A DNA stretch of 63,734 bases, the filler included. It is 7 parts of 7 records of this genome, joined end to end, with 100 filler letters (N's around TTAATTAATTAA, not from the genome) between each part and the next. Parts side by side here need not be neighbours in the genome. Positions count along the whole stretch, not along the records: positions 15,365 to 22,250 come from SRR31156797_18186; positions 22,351 to 40,415 come from SRR31156797_18194; 5 more parts are not named here. The stretch is one strand, 5' to 3'. The notes under the pieces were generated by a model. The model ran no database searches. It had not been told where the DNA came from and worked only from the letters and a program-made list of their open reading frames with translations. The position numbers and the translations under genes were made by a program. This document shows positions 20,767 to 30,301 of the stretch, piece after piece; the stretch's first letter is position 1; each line of letters begins with the position of its first letter.

Positions 20767-21750
20767 ATGAAGTATCGCGCGTTCGGTCGAACCGGTTTCA
20801 ATCTGTCCGAAATCGGATTTGGAGCATGGGCCATCGGCGGATCCTGGGGCAAGGTCAGCGATAACGACGCCACCGCGGCGCTTCATGCGGCGCTCGACGC
20901 CGGCGTCAACTTCATCGACACGGCGGACGTCTATGGCGACGGCAACAGCGAACGCATCATCGCCCGTGTCCTCAAGGACCGCTCGGAAGACGTTTTCGTC
21001 GCCACCAAGGCCGGTCGCCGGTCGAGCCCCCATGTCGCCGAGGCCTACAACCGCGAGAACCTGACGGGCTATATCGAACGCAGCCTGCAGAACCTGGATG
21101 TCGATGCGCTAGACCTGGTGCAGCTCCACTGCCCGCCGACCGAGGCCTATTACCGCCCGGAAGTCTTCACCATCCTCGACGACCTGAAGACGGCCGGCAA
21201 AATCAAACGCTACGGGGTCAGCGTCGAGAAGGTCGAAGAGGCCATCAAGGCGATCGAATATCCCGGTGTCGAATCCGTGCAGATCGTCTTCAACATTTTC
21301 CGCCAACGCCCGGCCGATCTTTTCTTCGACCTGGCCGCAGAACGCGGGGTCGCCATCATCGCGCGCATTCCCCTGGCCAGCGGCCTGCTTAGCGGTCGCA
21401 TGAACCGTGACACCCGGTTTGCCGCCGAAGACCATCGCACCTTCAACCGCAACGGCGAATTCTTCGATGTCGGCGAAACCTTTTCCGGCGTCCCGTTTGA
21501 TGTTGGGCTCGATGCCGTCGAGGAAATCCGGTCCTTGCTGCCGCAAGGGGTTTCGATGGCGCAGCTCGCGCTGCAATGGATTTTGGCGCACGAGGCGGTC
21601 AGTTCGGCAATTCCCGGCGCCAAAAACGCCGAGCAGGCGCGCGCCAATGTGGCGGCCTCGGATCTGCCGGATCTCGATCCGGAAGTCATGGAAAAATTGC
21701 GCCGGATTTACGATAAAAGCGTTCGCGGTCACGTCCATCACCGCTGGTAG
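20767..21750 (+). CDS. Aldo/keto reductase
   Basis: IGFGAWAIGG, FIDTADVYGDG, VATK, LDLVQLH, PLASGLL, IPGAK. Confidence 0.92.
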   Translation: MKYRAFGRTGFNLSEIGFGAWAIGGSWGKVSDNDATAALHAALDAGVNFIDTADVYGDGNSERIIARVLKDRSEDVFVATKAGRRSSPHVAEAYNRENLTGYIERSLQNLDVDALDLVQLHCPPTEAYYRPEVFTILDDLKTAGKIKRYGVSVEKVEEAIKAIEYPGVESVQIVFNIFRQRPADLFFDLAAERGVAIIARIPLASGLLSGRMNRDTRFAAEDHRTFNRNGEFFDVGETFSGVPFDVGLDAVEEIRSLLPQGVSMAQLALQWILAHEAVSSAIPGAKNAEQARANVAASDLPDLDPEVMEKLRRIYDKSVRGHVHHRW

Positions 21751-21831
21751 ATCGCCGGGGGGCGGTTGAAAGGGTTCAAGCGGTACGCGTTGGTTTTGCC
21801 GGGATGTCCGGCACTGGGGAGGAAAACGAAT

Positions 21832-22250
21832 ATGTACCTGGGAATCGATCTGGGAACATCGGGCGTCAAGGCCGTCTTGGCCGACGACGAGCAAAACATC
21901 ATTGCCCAAGGCAACGGTGCGCTTGATGTCAGCCGCCCGCAGCCGATGTGGTCCGAACAGGATCCGGAAACCTGGTGGCAGGCAATACTAACCGCCGTCG
22001 CCGAAATCAAGGCCGAAAAACCGGACGAACTGGCAAGCGTTCGCGGCATCGGTTTGTCGGGACAGATGCATGGGGCGACGCTGTTGGACGGGAATGACCG
22101 GATTTTACGGCCGGCCATCCTGTGGAACGACGGACGTAGCGCCGCCGAATGCACCGAGTTGGAAGCGCGCGTGCCGGACGTTCGCCGCATCACCGGCAAT
22201 CTGGTCATGCCCGGCTTTACGGCGCCGAAGGTCCAGTGGGTGCGCAACCA
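21832..22250 (+). CDS. xylB: Xylulokinase (3' truncated)
   Basis: MYLGIDLGTSGVK, WSEQDP, IGLSGQMHG, RPAILWNDGR, MPGFTAPK; SD GGGAGG. Confidence 0.9.
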
Positions 22251-22350
22251 NNNNNNNNNNNNNNNNNNNNNNNNNNNNNNNNNNNNNNNNNNNNTTAATT
22301 AATTAANNNNNNNNNNNNNNNNNNNNNNNNNNNNNNNNNNNNNNNNNNNN
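22251..22350. other. Artificial contig spacer 3
   Basis: N44-TTAATTAATTAA-N44. Confidence 0.97.
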
Positions 22351-23010
22351 GTGGATGCCGCTCATTTCGTAGATGCTTATCAAGTTTATGCGTCCCTGGA
22401 AAAGCAGATTGCCTCCTCCAGTGTGTTCATCATCAACAAAACGGATACGGCATCACGGGAAAAGATTGAAGAAACCAAAAAAATTATTGCCCGGTTTCAT
22501 CCTGAACCCCTTTTCTTTGAAACCACTTATGCGGATATCCCGCTGGAACGTTTTCTGGAACTGGATGCGGGAGGAAAATCTCCGTCAGCGCCTTTGAAGG
22601 GTCTCTCTTCGGACAGACCCAAGTTATCGGATGCGGAACTTGATCAGTTCCTGGACGATTTGCTCGACAGCCCGGACCTTGAGATCACGCCACCGGATAT
22701 GCTCATGTCGGTGGGGTACCGGTGGAAGGGCAACGACATCAGTGAAATAGAAAAAATTGCGGATGCTCTTCCATCTTCCGTTGTTCGGGCCAAAGGGTTT
22801 GTGGAAGATGAGACCGGTATGCATATTTTCAATTATGTCATGGGCGACTGGACCATGGAAAAAACGGATATTTCCCGCGATCGCATCAAGCACGAGAACA
22901 TTCTGGTTTTTATTGGGCCGCCCGAATCCATGGCAGGAATTGAGACCGCATCCGAAACCGGATCCTGGTCAAGCCTGGGGGTATTTCAGCCCTACTCGGA
23001 GGAATCATAA
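22351..23010 (+). CDS. CobW/COG0523 family metallochaperone GTPase, C-terminal part (5' truncated)
   Basis: VDA...QI...IINKTD (G4 NKxD); CobW_C features VVRAKGFV and LVFIG. Confidence 0.8.
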   Translation: MDAAHFVDAYQVYASLEKQIASSSVFIINKTDTASREKIEETKKIIARFHPEPLFFETTYADIPLERFLELDAGGKSPSAPLKGLSSDRPKLSDAELDQFLDDLLDSPDLEITPPDMLMSVGYRWKGNDISEIEKIADALPSSVVRAKGFVEDETGMHIFNYVMGDWTMEKTDISRDRIKHENILVFIGPPESMAGIETASETGSWSSLGVFQPYSEES

Positions 23011-23068
23011 TGATCACGGTAAATGAATAGGATTTGGCAAAAACTATAATTCAAGAAATGGGTTGATC

Positions 23069-23995
23069 ATGACTGAAGCCAATTCGTTTGATATGATTAT
23101 CATCGGTACGGGTCCTGCCGGTTTGACGGCCGCCCTTTACGGGCAGCGGTTGGGACTCCGTTGTGTTGTATTCGGTGATATTCCCGGGGGGAATTTGTAC
23201 ATGGTTGAGAACCTGGCTAATTTTCCGGGGTTTCCCGGAGGGATACCGGGAACCGAATGGGGGATTAAAACCTTTCAACAGGTCCAGACCGAAGGTGCCA
23301 TGTTTACCATGGGTCGTCTGGAATCCCTGGAACAAGACGGAAACGGTTTTTCCGGGACGGACGTTAACGGTATCCGGTATTCGGCGCCTTGCGCCATTGT
23401 GGCAAGCGGGCGGGTTCCCCGAAGACTCCCGGTGACCCATTCGGAAATGAAAGGCGTCAATTTCTGCTCGGTTTGCGACGGCCCTTTGTTCAGGGGAAAA
23501 AACGCCAAGTTGGTGGTTGTGGGCAGTGATAACGCCGCGGCCCAGCACGCCCTCACCCTGTCCGGGATTGCCCATAAGGTGATTGTGGTGTACCGGAGCC
23601 GTGAAATGATAATGGATGCGGCCCACCGGGAACGCATTATGGCCCGGGACAATATCGAGCTGATGCCTGAAACGGAAGTAACCGGGTATGTTGGGCTGGA
23701 CTTGGTGGAAGCACTGAAAATTAGGACGCCATCCGGGGATGCGGAAACGATTTCCGTGGATGGCGTTTTCCTGGCCATCGGGTGGTCCCCCAATACGGCG
23801 ATGATCAAACCATTCGTTGAAACCATTGATGGGGGATACCTTAAAACCGATGAAAAATTGATGACGTCCATCCCCGGGATGTTTGCCGCCGGAGATGTAA
23901 GGGACACCGATCTCTACCAGGTGTTGACCGGTTGTGCGGATGGGGCCAGGTGTGCACTCTACGCCTCTGAGTTTATTAAAAGATCCTTGCCTTAA
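23069..23995 (+). CDS. Thioredoxin reductase-like flavoprotein with atypical NAD(P)H-binding motifs
   Basis: IIGTGPAGLTAALY, GVNFCSVCDG redox motif, FLAIG, TSIPGMFAAGDV; GSDNAA replaces GGGxxA and YRSRE replaces HRRxx. Confidence 0.85.
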   Translation: MTEANSFDMIIIGTGPAGLTAALYGQRLGLRCVVFGDIPGGNLYMVENLANFPGFPGGIPGTEWGIKTFQQVQTEGAMFTMGRLESLEQDGNGFSGTDVNGIRYSAPCAIVASGRVPRRLPVTHSEMKGVNFCSVCDGPLFRGKNAKLVVVGSDNAAAQHALTLSGIAHKVIVVYRSREMIMDAAHRERIMARDNIELMPETEVTGYVGLDLVEALKIRTPSGDAETISVDGVFLAIGWSPNTAMIKPFVETIDGGYLKTDEKLMTSIPGMFAAGDVRDTDLYQVLTGCADGARCALYASEFIKRSLP

Positions 23996-24143
23996 CCCGT
24001 CAAATTATATATTTTCTAAATCACATAAACACATTAATAAAAATGGGAATTTTCCGGGATTGTGTTGAACGATTCCTTTGGAGGGGACCGGTTCAGATCC
24101 TGGAAAATCAGCAATTCTTATAAATATGTGATGGAGGTGCCTT

Positions 24144-24497
24144 TTGTCGGATTCAGAAAATATTATTATCGAAGTCATGTACAAGGCGAGTTACTGCCTG
24201 CCCTGTTTGTATATGGATGAAACCGTCCTTGAAATACTTCCCGAATACGACGGATATATCGACTATAGGAGAGTCGATTTCATGCATAGCCCCGGAAAAG
24301 AAAGGTTTTTGGAGATTTCCTGCGAGCTTTTTGGCGAAGAGGCAGTTCGGAAGCATTGCCGTGTTGCGCCGGTTCCGTCCCTTTTTATTGACGGGGAGCT
24401 CTTTTTTGATGCCATACCCCCAATGTTCGAACTGAAAGAGGCCATTGAGGAGGTGCTTGCAAAAAAAGGCTTAAAGCAGGCGGGAGAGTCATCATGA
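24144..24497 (+). CDS. Thioredoxin-fold protein, CxxCxYM (Cys paralog)
   Basis: IEVMYKASYCLPCLYM; cis-Pro segment APVPSLFIDGELFFDAIP; SD GGAGGTG before TTG. Confidence 0.8.
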   Translation: MSDSENIIIEVMYKASYCLPCLYMDETVLEILPEYDGYIDYRRVDFMHSPGKERFLEISCELFGEEAVRKHCRVAPVPSLFIDGELFFDAIPPMFELKEAIEEVLAKKGLKQAGESS

Positions 24498-24793
24498 CAC
24501 CGAGAATCATTCATATCGAAGTACTCCATGAAGGCGCCCATTGAATTCCGTGTGAATACATGGCCAGTCTGGTCGAATCGGTGGTCGCTGGATACGGCGA
24601 AACGGTGCGATGGGAAAAGGTAGTTACCAAAGATCTTACAGGGGCGAAGCGTTTATTGACACTGTCAAAGGAATTGGGTCGTCCCGCACCGGTTCCCTCC
24701 ATATATGTGGATGGCAAGCTTGCTTTTGATAGTACCCCGGGAGGTGACGAACTCAAGGAATTCTTAGACAGACTGATAAATACCGATCCATGA
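24494..24793 (+). CDS. Thioredoxin-fold selenoprotein (UxxC), 99 aa; Sec at TGA 24542-24544
   Basis: ATG 24494 overlaps the upstream stop (ATGA); reads MTPRIIHIEVLHEGAH-TGA-IPCEYMASLV... in frame with ORF 24560-24793; TGA aligns with the first Cys of paralog CLPCLYM. Confidence 0.85.
24545..24578 (+). promoter_or_regulatory. Candidate bacterial SECIS element 1
   Basis: GGCCA-GTC-TGGTC hairpin (24562-24574) with a G-initiated loop 22 nt after UGA; ATTC/GAAT could form a lower stem. Weak stem. Confidence 0.4.
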
Positions 24794-24878
24794 TTGCCCA
24801 GCAATTTTTTGGACCATACCTGAAGAGACCACCGGAATCGAGACCCCAGCCCCCATAGTTGTTGAGATCATTTTGTAC

Positions 24879-24907
24879 TTGACCCAAACCGAAGGCCTCT
24901 CTATACT
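24879..24907 (+). promoter_or_regulatory. Sigma70-type promoter for the arnT block
   Basis: TTGACC-N17-TATACT. Confidence 0.6.
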
Positions 24908-24998
24908 TTGCGCTCGAAAGTTCACCTTCTTATCACCTATTGCCCCACCTTTCTATAGAAGGTGCGCTTAATTAAGGAATCGAATTTATTCTCCTCTC

Positions 24999-26663
24999 AT
25001 GAAAAAAGTTTCCATTACACTTTTTGTTCTTTTCGTATTTATCTATATCCTTCCCCTTGGTTTCCGACCTCTGACCATTCCGGATGAATCCCGGTATGGG
25101 GAGATCCCCAGGGAAATGTTGAATTCGGGAGATTGGGTGGTTCCCCGCCTGAACGGATTGAAATACTTTGAAAAACCCCCCTTTGGATACTGGGCGAATG
25201 CCGTTAGTATGGCCACGTTCGGTGAAAATGCCTTTGCCTTGCGGATACCATCGGCGCTGTCCGTAATGATTTCCGCCCTCATGATTTTTCTGCTGGTACG
25301 AAAATATTTACCAAGGGGGGCGGCCTCCGTCCTGGCCCCGGCCATCTTTTTAACCTCTCCTCTCGTGCTGGCCATAGGCCACATCAGTCTTCTGGACAGC
25401 CTGCTTTCCATGCTGTTAACCGGTTCTCTGGTTTGCTTCTTCTTTGCGCACATGGCTGAAAATATGCGGCGGAAGGCGCTTTTTCTCGCTTTCATGGGGG
25501 TATTCTGCGGACTGGCTTTTCTTACCAAGGGATTCCTGGCCTTCGCCGTACCGGTACTGGCGGTGGTGCCGTTTCTGCTCTGGGAGGGCCGTTATAAAGA
25601 TTTATTCAGAATACCATGGATTCCCATGATAACGGCCCTTGTGATCGTTTTGCCCTGGTCTCTGATGATCCATCTTCGCGAAGGGGATTTCTGGAACTAT
25701 TTTTTCTGGACGGAGCATGTGGCAAGATTTTTAGAACCGGTCCGGGGACAACATCCCAAGCCTTTTTGGTATTTTCTACCTGTCCTGGTGGGTGGTGCGC
25801 TGCCATGGATGGTTCAAAGTCCGGCTGCCATCCCCATGGTTCTCAAATTCCAAATGAAAAAACCGCTCATACGTTTTGCCATGTGCTGGTTCTTTTTCCC
25901 CTTTCTTTTTTTCTCCGTGTGCAGCGGTAAACTTATCCCGTATATCCTGCCGTGTTTTCCTCCCTTGGCAATGGTTTTTGCCATCGGTCTTGCCGGATAC
26001 TTTGAAGCCGGAAAAAAACGGGCTTTTTCCGTTTCCGCCTGGGCTCTGGCCATCTTTATCGGTCTCGGGGGTCTTTTTTTTCTGGTCTCCGGCCTAGTGC
26101 AACTGAACTGGGACGTCTTTGAGGCGACCAGGATTTATGATATTGACGAAAGGCGTAAATGGCTGCTGGGTTCCCTGGGGGCCCTTTTATGGGCTTTTCT
26201 GGTGATTTGGTCCACCCGGATGAAAGACTACCGGAAAAAATTGGCTTTTTACTGCTCCGCTTTCCTGGCGTTTTTTTTTATGGCGAATTTTGCCGTTCCC
26301 AACAGTGCCATGGATCGCAGAACGCCAGGAAAACTTCTTGAGCGCAATCTTTCAAGGGCGTCCCCCGATGCCATACTGGTATCCAATGACAATGTGATTC
26401 GTGCCGTCTGCTGGTTTTTCAAACGGGATGATGTGAAAGTACTGGAAAAAGCCGGCGAACTCACCTATGGTTTGAAACATGACCACAACAAACCGGTGAA
26501 ATTTCTGACTGTTGACGCGTTAAGGACAATAATCCGGGAAAACGAAGGGAAACGTCCGGTGATTTTGGTTTTGATCAGGGATCACCATGACAACTACAGG
26601 GACCACTTACCCGCTCCCATCTTTATGGATACCGATAACCATTTCATCTTTGCGGTCTATTAA
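24999..26663 (+). CDS. arnT: ArnT/GT83 family phospholipid-carrier-dependent glycosyltransferase
   Basis: PDESRYGEIPREM..SGDWVVPRLNGLKYFEKPP.GYW; FLTKGF; EH..RF; H..PFWYF; KLIPYILPCF.P. Confidence 0.85.
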   Translation: MKKVSITLFVLFVFIYILPLGFRPLTIPDESRYGEIPREMLNSGDWVVPRLNGLKYFEKPPFGYWANAVSMATFGENAFALRIPSALSVMISALMIFLLVRKYLPRGAASVLAPAIFLTSPLVLAIGHISLLDSLLSMLLTGSLVCFFFAHMAENMRRKALFLAFMGVFCGLAFLTKGFLAFAVPVLAVVPFLLWEGRYKDLFRIPWIPMITALVIVLPWSLMIHLREGDFWNYFFWTEHVARFLEPVRGQHPKPFWYFLPVLVGGALPWMVQSPAAIPMVLKFQMKKPLIRFAMCWFFFPFLFFSVCSGKLIPYILPCFPPLAMVFAIGLAGYFEAGKKRAFSVSAWALAIFIGLGGLFFLVSGLVQLNWDVFEATRIYDIDERRKWLLGSLGALLWAFLVIWSTRMKDYRKKLAFYCSAFLAFFFMANFAVPNSAMDRRTPGKLLERNLSRASPDAILVSNDNVIRAVCWFFKRDDVKVLEKAGELTYGLKHDHNKPVKFLTVDALRTIIRENEGKRPVILVLIRDHHDNYRDHLPAPIFMDTDNHFIFAVY

Positions 26664-26702
26664 GAATAAGGACGGCTGAAATTAAAACTGACTGATAACA
26701 CA

Positions 26703-27929
26703 ATGGAAATCGAGCTTCAACGAAAAATTGACAGGATCGCAGGCAAAGCAATTTGCCGACTGCTTTCCCTGTTTCCTCGAAAGAAAGATAACGCGGGGAT
26801 TACAACCTCATCGCCAAATATTCTGGTTATACTCCTCTCCGAAATGGGGAGCCTTGTGCTGGCCCACCCCATGTTCACATATTTGAAAAAAAATCATCCC
26901 GGCGGGGAAATCTTTGTACTGGTGTTTGAAAAGAACAGAGAATGCCTGGAAACCCTGAAGCTGGTTCCCAAAAGGAACATTTTGACAGTCAATGGGGATT
27001 CGTTCACGGCATTGGTAAAGGATAGTATCCGTTTCATATTCCGGATGCGAAAAGAAAAAATTCATGCGGTAATTGACTGTGAACTCTTTTCAAGGATCAG
27101 CAGCATTTACGCATTTCTAAGCGGTGCCGGGTTGCGTGTGGGATTTCATCCCCATACCCAGGAGGGCCTTTACAGGGGCGGTTTTATTAATCGGCCCGTT
27201 CTCTACAACCCCTACCGCCATATATCCAGACAGTTTGTGGCTTTGGCCCAGGCAACGGAAAATGGGAATGACTTCCCCATGGTAAAACGAAACGTGGATG
27301 CGGATATTTTTTGTATCCCAACCCTGAAGCCGGATGCGGATCAACAGGAAGACTTGGAGAACCGGCTGAAAAGCGATTTTCCGGAAACAATCGGAAAAGA
27401 ACTGGTCCTGCTTTATCCGGGGGGCGGCCTGCTTCCCATAAGAGCATGGCCTTTGAACAATTTTTGCCGAATTGCCATGAACCTGCTTGAAAAAGGGTAT
27501 ACCGTGGGTATTATCGGAATGAAAGAGGATGCACCCCTGGCGGAACTCATCTCGTCACGGTGTCAAAGCAAATATTGTATTGATCTAACCGGTTATACCA
27601 GAAACATCATGGAGTTGATCACTCTTTTTCATTTTGCATCCCTACTCATCACCAACGATGGGGGGCCTGGGCATTTTGCTTCGTTGACGCCGATTCCGTC
27701 CATAATTTTCTTCGGCCCGGAAACCCCGGATCTGTATGGTCCCTTAGGTGAAAAGGCTGTAAGTCTTTATGAACCATTGCCCTGTTCTCCTTGCCTTACC
27801 GCCTATAACCACAGAAAATCTCCCTGTGACGGGAACAACGTCTGCCTTGAAGCCATTGGCCCGGAAGAAGTGTTTGAAAAGGCCGGTGAATTGCTTAAAA
27901 GAAACAGCATTTCTCATATCATCTCATGA
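26703..27929 (+). CDS. Glycosyltransferase family 9 (heptosyltransferase-like)
   Basis: LSEMGSLVL, IDLTG, LITNDGGPGHFAS, FGPE.P, CSPC...C....C tail. Confidence 0.85.
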   Translation: MEIELQRKIDRIAGKAICRLLSLFPRKKDNAGITTSSPNILVILLSEMGSLVLAHPMFTYLKKNHPGGEIFVLVFEKNRECLETLKLVPKRNILTVNGDSFTALVKDSIRFIFRMRKEKIHAVIDCELFSRISSIYAFLSGAGLRVGFHPHTQEGLYRGGFINRPVLYNPYRHISRQFVALAQATENGNDFPMVKRNVDADIFCIPTLKPDADQQEDLENRLKSDFPETIGKELVLLYPGGGLLPIRAWPLNNFCRIAMNLLEKGYTVGIIGMKEDAPLAELISSRCQSKYCIDLTGYTRNIMELITLFHFASLLITNDGGPGHFASLTPIPSIIFFGPETPDLYGPLGEKAVSLYEPLPCSPCLTAYNHRKSPCDGNNVCLEAIGPEEVFEKAGELLKRNSISHIIS

Positions 27930-30079
27930 ACAGACCCCTGTATTTCAATCATTCAGCAATCTCGTGGAGCTGGAACCAGCGTTACCGCTTTTTCAAGTTC
28001 GGCATGGTGGGCGTCAGTGGTATCGTCATTAATCAGGCGGTCATCTGGATGTGTTACGCCCATGTGTTCACGACCGTTCAGAACCTTTCTTTACGTCTCA
28101 ACCTGTCCATGGCGGTCGGAATTTTGTTGAGCATGACCAACAATTTCCACTGGAACCGCCGGTGGACCTGGAAGGATCGCGAGCGTGCGCAAAAACTGCC
28201 CATTGTTCATCAGTACCTGCAGTACGCCGCTGCCAACTGGGTAGCCATCGTGATGCAGGTGACCATCACCAATCTGCTCACACGGTGGATGCCCTACCTG
28301 ATGGCCAATATGTTCGGCATCAGTGTGGCATGTGTGGCCAACTTTATTTTGAATGACCTGTGGACCTACCGCCATGTGAACACCGAGGGGATCAACCCCC
28401 AAAACAAAAACCTGGAGCGCGCGGTGCAGGCGGTGCCGCTGGCCATCAGCGGACTCATTTTCGCTTTGTGCACCTATCTGTATGGTCTGGCTTCTCTGCA
28501 CATTCTACGTAACGGGGATGAATTGGTGTACATGCACATCACGCGCGTGACCGGTATGGCCAAACAGTGGCTGCCCTTGCAGGGCATTCCGGGTATGCGA
28601 AACACCAAACCGCCTCTGCTGTTCTGGCAGGGGCTGGTGAGTACGGATTGGGGAAATCACTGGTCGGTGGTAGCGTTGCGCTGGCCCAGCGTGGTGTGGA
28701 CTTTCGGTACGGCGCTGCTCTGCGGCCTGCTCGGGTGGCGACTGTCCGGGCGTGATGTATTCAAGGGGGTGCTGGCGGCGCTTTTCTATCTGGCCTTTTT
28801 CAGCACCTACCGTTATGGACGGCCATATCTTACCAATCCACCTGAAACATTCTGGGTGTTCGCGTGCTTCTTCACCCTGCTGTGGTGGAAGCCGCGATCC
28901 TTCGATTCGCGATTCCTTTTCCCGACCATCCTGGGTGTGCTGGCAGGCATGGCGCTCTTGACCAAAAGTTTCGCCCAACTACTCCCCATCGGCGTGGGAT
29001 TGTCATGCTGGCACCTGCATGTGCGGGGGTGGGGGGGCCTGGCCTCATTCGTGCGTAAGTCATTTTCGGGGATCGTTTGGGCCGCTCTGGTTTCGCTGAG
29101 CATGTTCTCCTTGTGGTTCCTGTTGGATCCGGAACCCGGTGCCATCTGGCGCGAATTCGTGGTGGGGGAAAATGTGGGCAAAATGGCGGGCAGCGTGGGC
29201 TCCTGGTTCGCTGGGTTGTTGTGGAACGGCGACACTGTCTGGTCCCTTGCCGGCAGCTGGTTCTTTAACGCCGGTCTCTTGGCCTTTCCCTTGTTCAGTT
29301 TGATGGTGGAATGCTGGAAACACCGTCGCACCTTGTCCCATGAGGAGCGGCTGCTGTGGATCTGGGTGTTTGCCATTTTCATCGTCTTCTGCATTCCCAG
29401 TCAGCGGAGCGGACGTTATTTGCTGGAAGGCATGCCTGCGCTGGCGGTGTTGTTGGCGACGCGTTGCCATCATGTTGGGCGCTACGCCTTCGTGTTGACC
29501 CTGGCCGGCGTCATTGCGGTACTGCTGTCCCTGGGATGGATTTCATTCTTACTGGCCAACGAGGTAGGCATACAGGCTTTCCCCTGGTGGCATTTTCCCC
29601 TGGTGGTTGCTGCCATCGCCTTTGCCGTGACCGCCATCGCACGGCCGCCATGGACCGCCATGTGTGCACCAATTGCAGCACTGTCGGTATTCCTGGCGCT
29701 GTCCAGCTTTTTGTCTGTTTTTGATGCGCCGCTGGGAACTTACGACTCTGCTGTCGTCAAGGCCACCGCTGATCGTGTGGTGTGGGCACCGGAGAAATTT
29801 CGCTCGAAGGCGGAAAATCATCGCTTCCTGCTGCCTCTGGCGGTGGTGCGGGGCTACCCCGCCGGGGGGAATGTACCAGCCGATCGTGGGCCCGATGACT
29901 TGATGGTGATTCAGCGGCCCCTTGATGCCCCTGCGCCTGCCGGTGCCATGGGTAGCCGCATCAATATCACCAGTCGCCACAAGGCATGGCAGATCCGGGA
30001 AATGGCCACCGGCAATGTGAAGAAACACCTGTTCGCCCGTGAGTGGATCGTCCCCGCGGGTTCGTTGCCGGCGCGCTGA
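27926..30079 (+). CDS. GtrA-like flippase domain fused to ArnT/PMT-like GT-C glycosyltransferase
   Basis: N-terminal RFFKFGMVGVSG...NNFHWNRRWTW...NFILNDLWTY (GtrA); then NGDELVY, RNTKPPLLFWQ and many TMs. Confidence 0.75.
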   Translation: MNRPLYFNHSAISWSWNQRYRFFKFGMVGVSGIVINQAVIWMCYAHVFTTVQNLSLRLNLSMAVGILLSMTNNFHWNRRWTWKDRERAQKLPIVHQYLQYAAANWVAIVMQVTITNLLTRWMPYLMANMFGISVACVANFILNDLWTYRHVNTEGINPQNKNLERAVQAVPLAISGLIFALCTYLYGLASLHILRNGDELVYMHITRVTGMAKQWLPLQGIPGMRNTKPPLLFWQGLVSTDWGNHWSVVALRWPSVVWTFGTALLCGLLGWRLSGRDVFKGVLAALFYLAFFSTYRYGRPYLTNPPETFWVFACFFTLLWWKPRSFDSRFLFPTILGVLAGMALLTKSFAQLLPIGVGLSCWHLHVRGWGGLASFVRKSFSGIVWAALVSLSMFSLWFLLDPEPGAIWREFVVGENVGKMAGSVGSWFAGLLWNGDTVWSLAGSWFFNAGLLAFPLFSLMVECWKHRRTLSHEERLLWIWVFAIFIVFCIPSQRSGRYLLEGMPALAVLLATRCHHVGRYAFVLTLAGVIAVLLSLGWISFLLANEVGIQAFPWWHFPLVVAAIAFAVTAIARPPWTAMCAPIAALSVFLALSSFLSVFDAPLGTYDSAVVKATADRVVWAPEKFRSKAENHRFLLPLAVVRGYPAGGNVPADRGPDDLMVIQRPLDAPAPAGAMGSRINITSRHKAWQIREMATGNVKKHLFAREWIVPAGSLPAR

Positions 30080-30130
30080 AGGTGTGTTAGCCGCCGCTTT
30101 GGCCGAATCTTCATGATTCCTCCGAAAGAA

Positions 30131-30162
30131 TGTTTTCACCAACCTTTCCGGTGGTGAAAACA
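30131..30162 (+). terminator. Hairpin, probable terminator after the glycosylation block
   Basis: Perfect 11-bp inverted repeat TGTTTTCACCA-N10-TGGTGAAAACA. Confidence 0.5.
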
Positions 30163-30197
30163 ATTTGGAAAAGTTTGTTGTTTTGATTCCTTTTTGC

Positions 30198-30227
30198 TTG
30201 ACGATCGTGTGACAATTTTCATATGAC
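30198..30227 (+). promoter_or_regulatory. Promoter with overlapping Rex/CRP-like operator
   Basis: TTGACG (-35) followed by TCGTGTGACAATTTTCATATGA (TGTGA-N6-TCATA core). Confidence 0.4.
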
Positions 30228-30301
30228 CTTCAAAAATAGTTACGCTGCGAAAAAGGAATTTCTTATGATTAAGATACTTAAATGTGATTCTCAGGCTAAC
30301 C

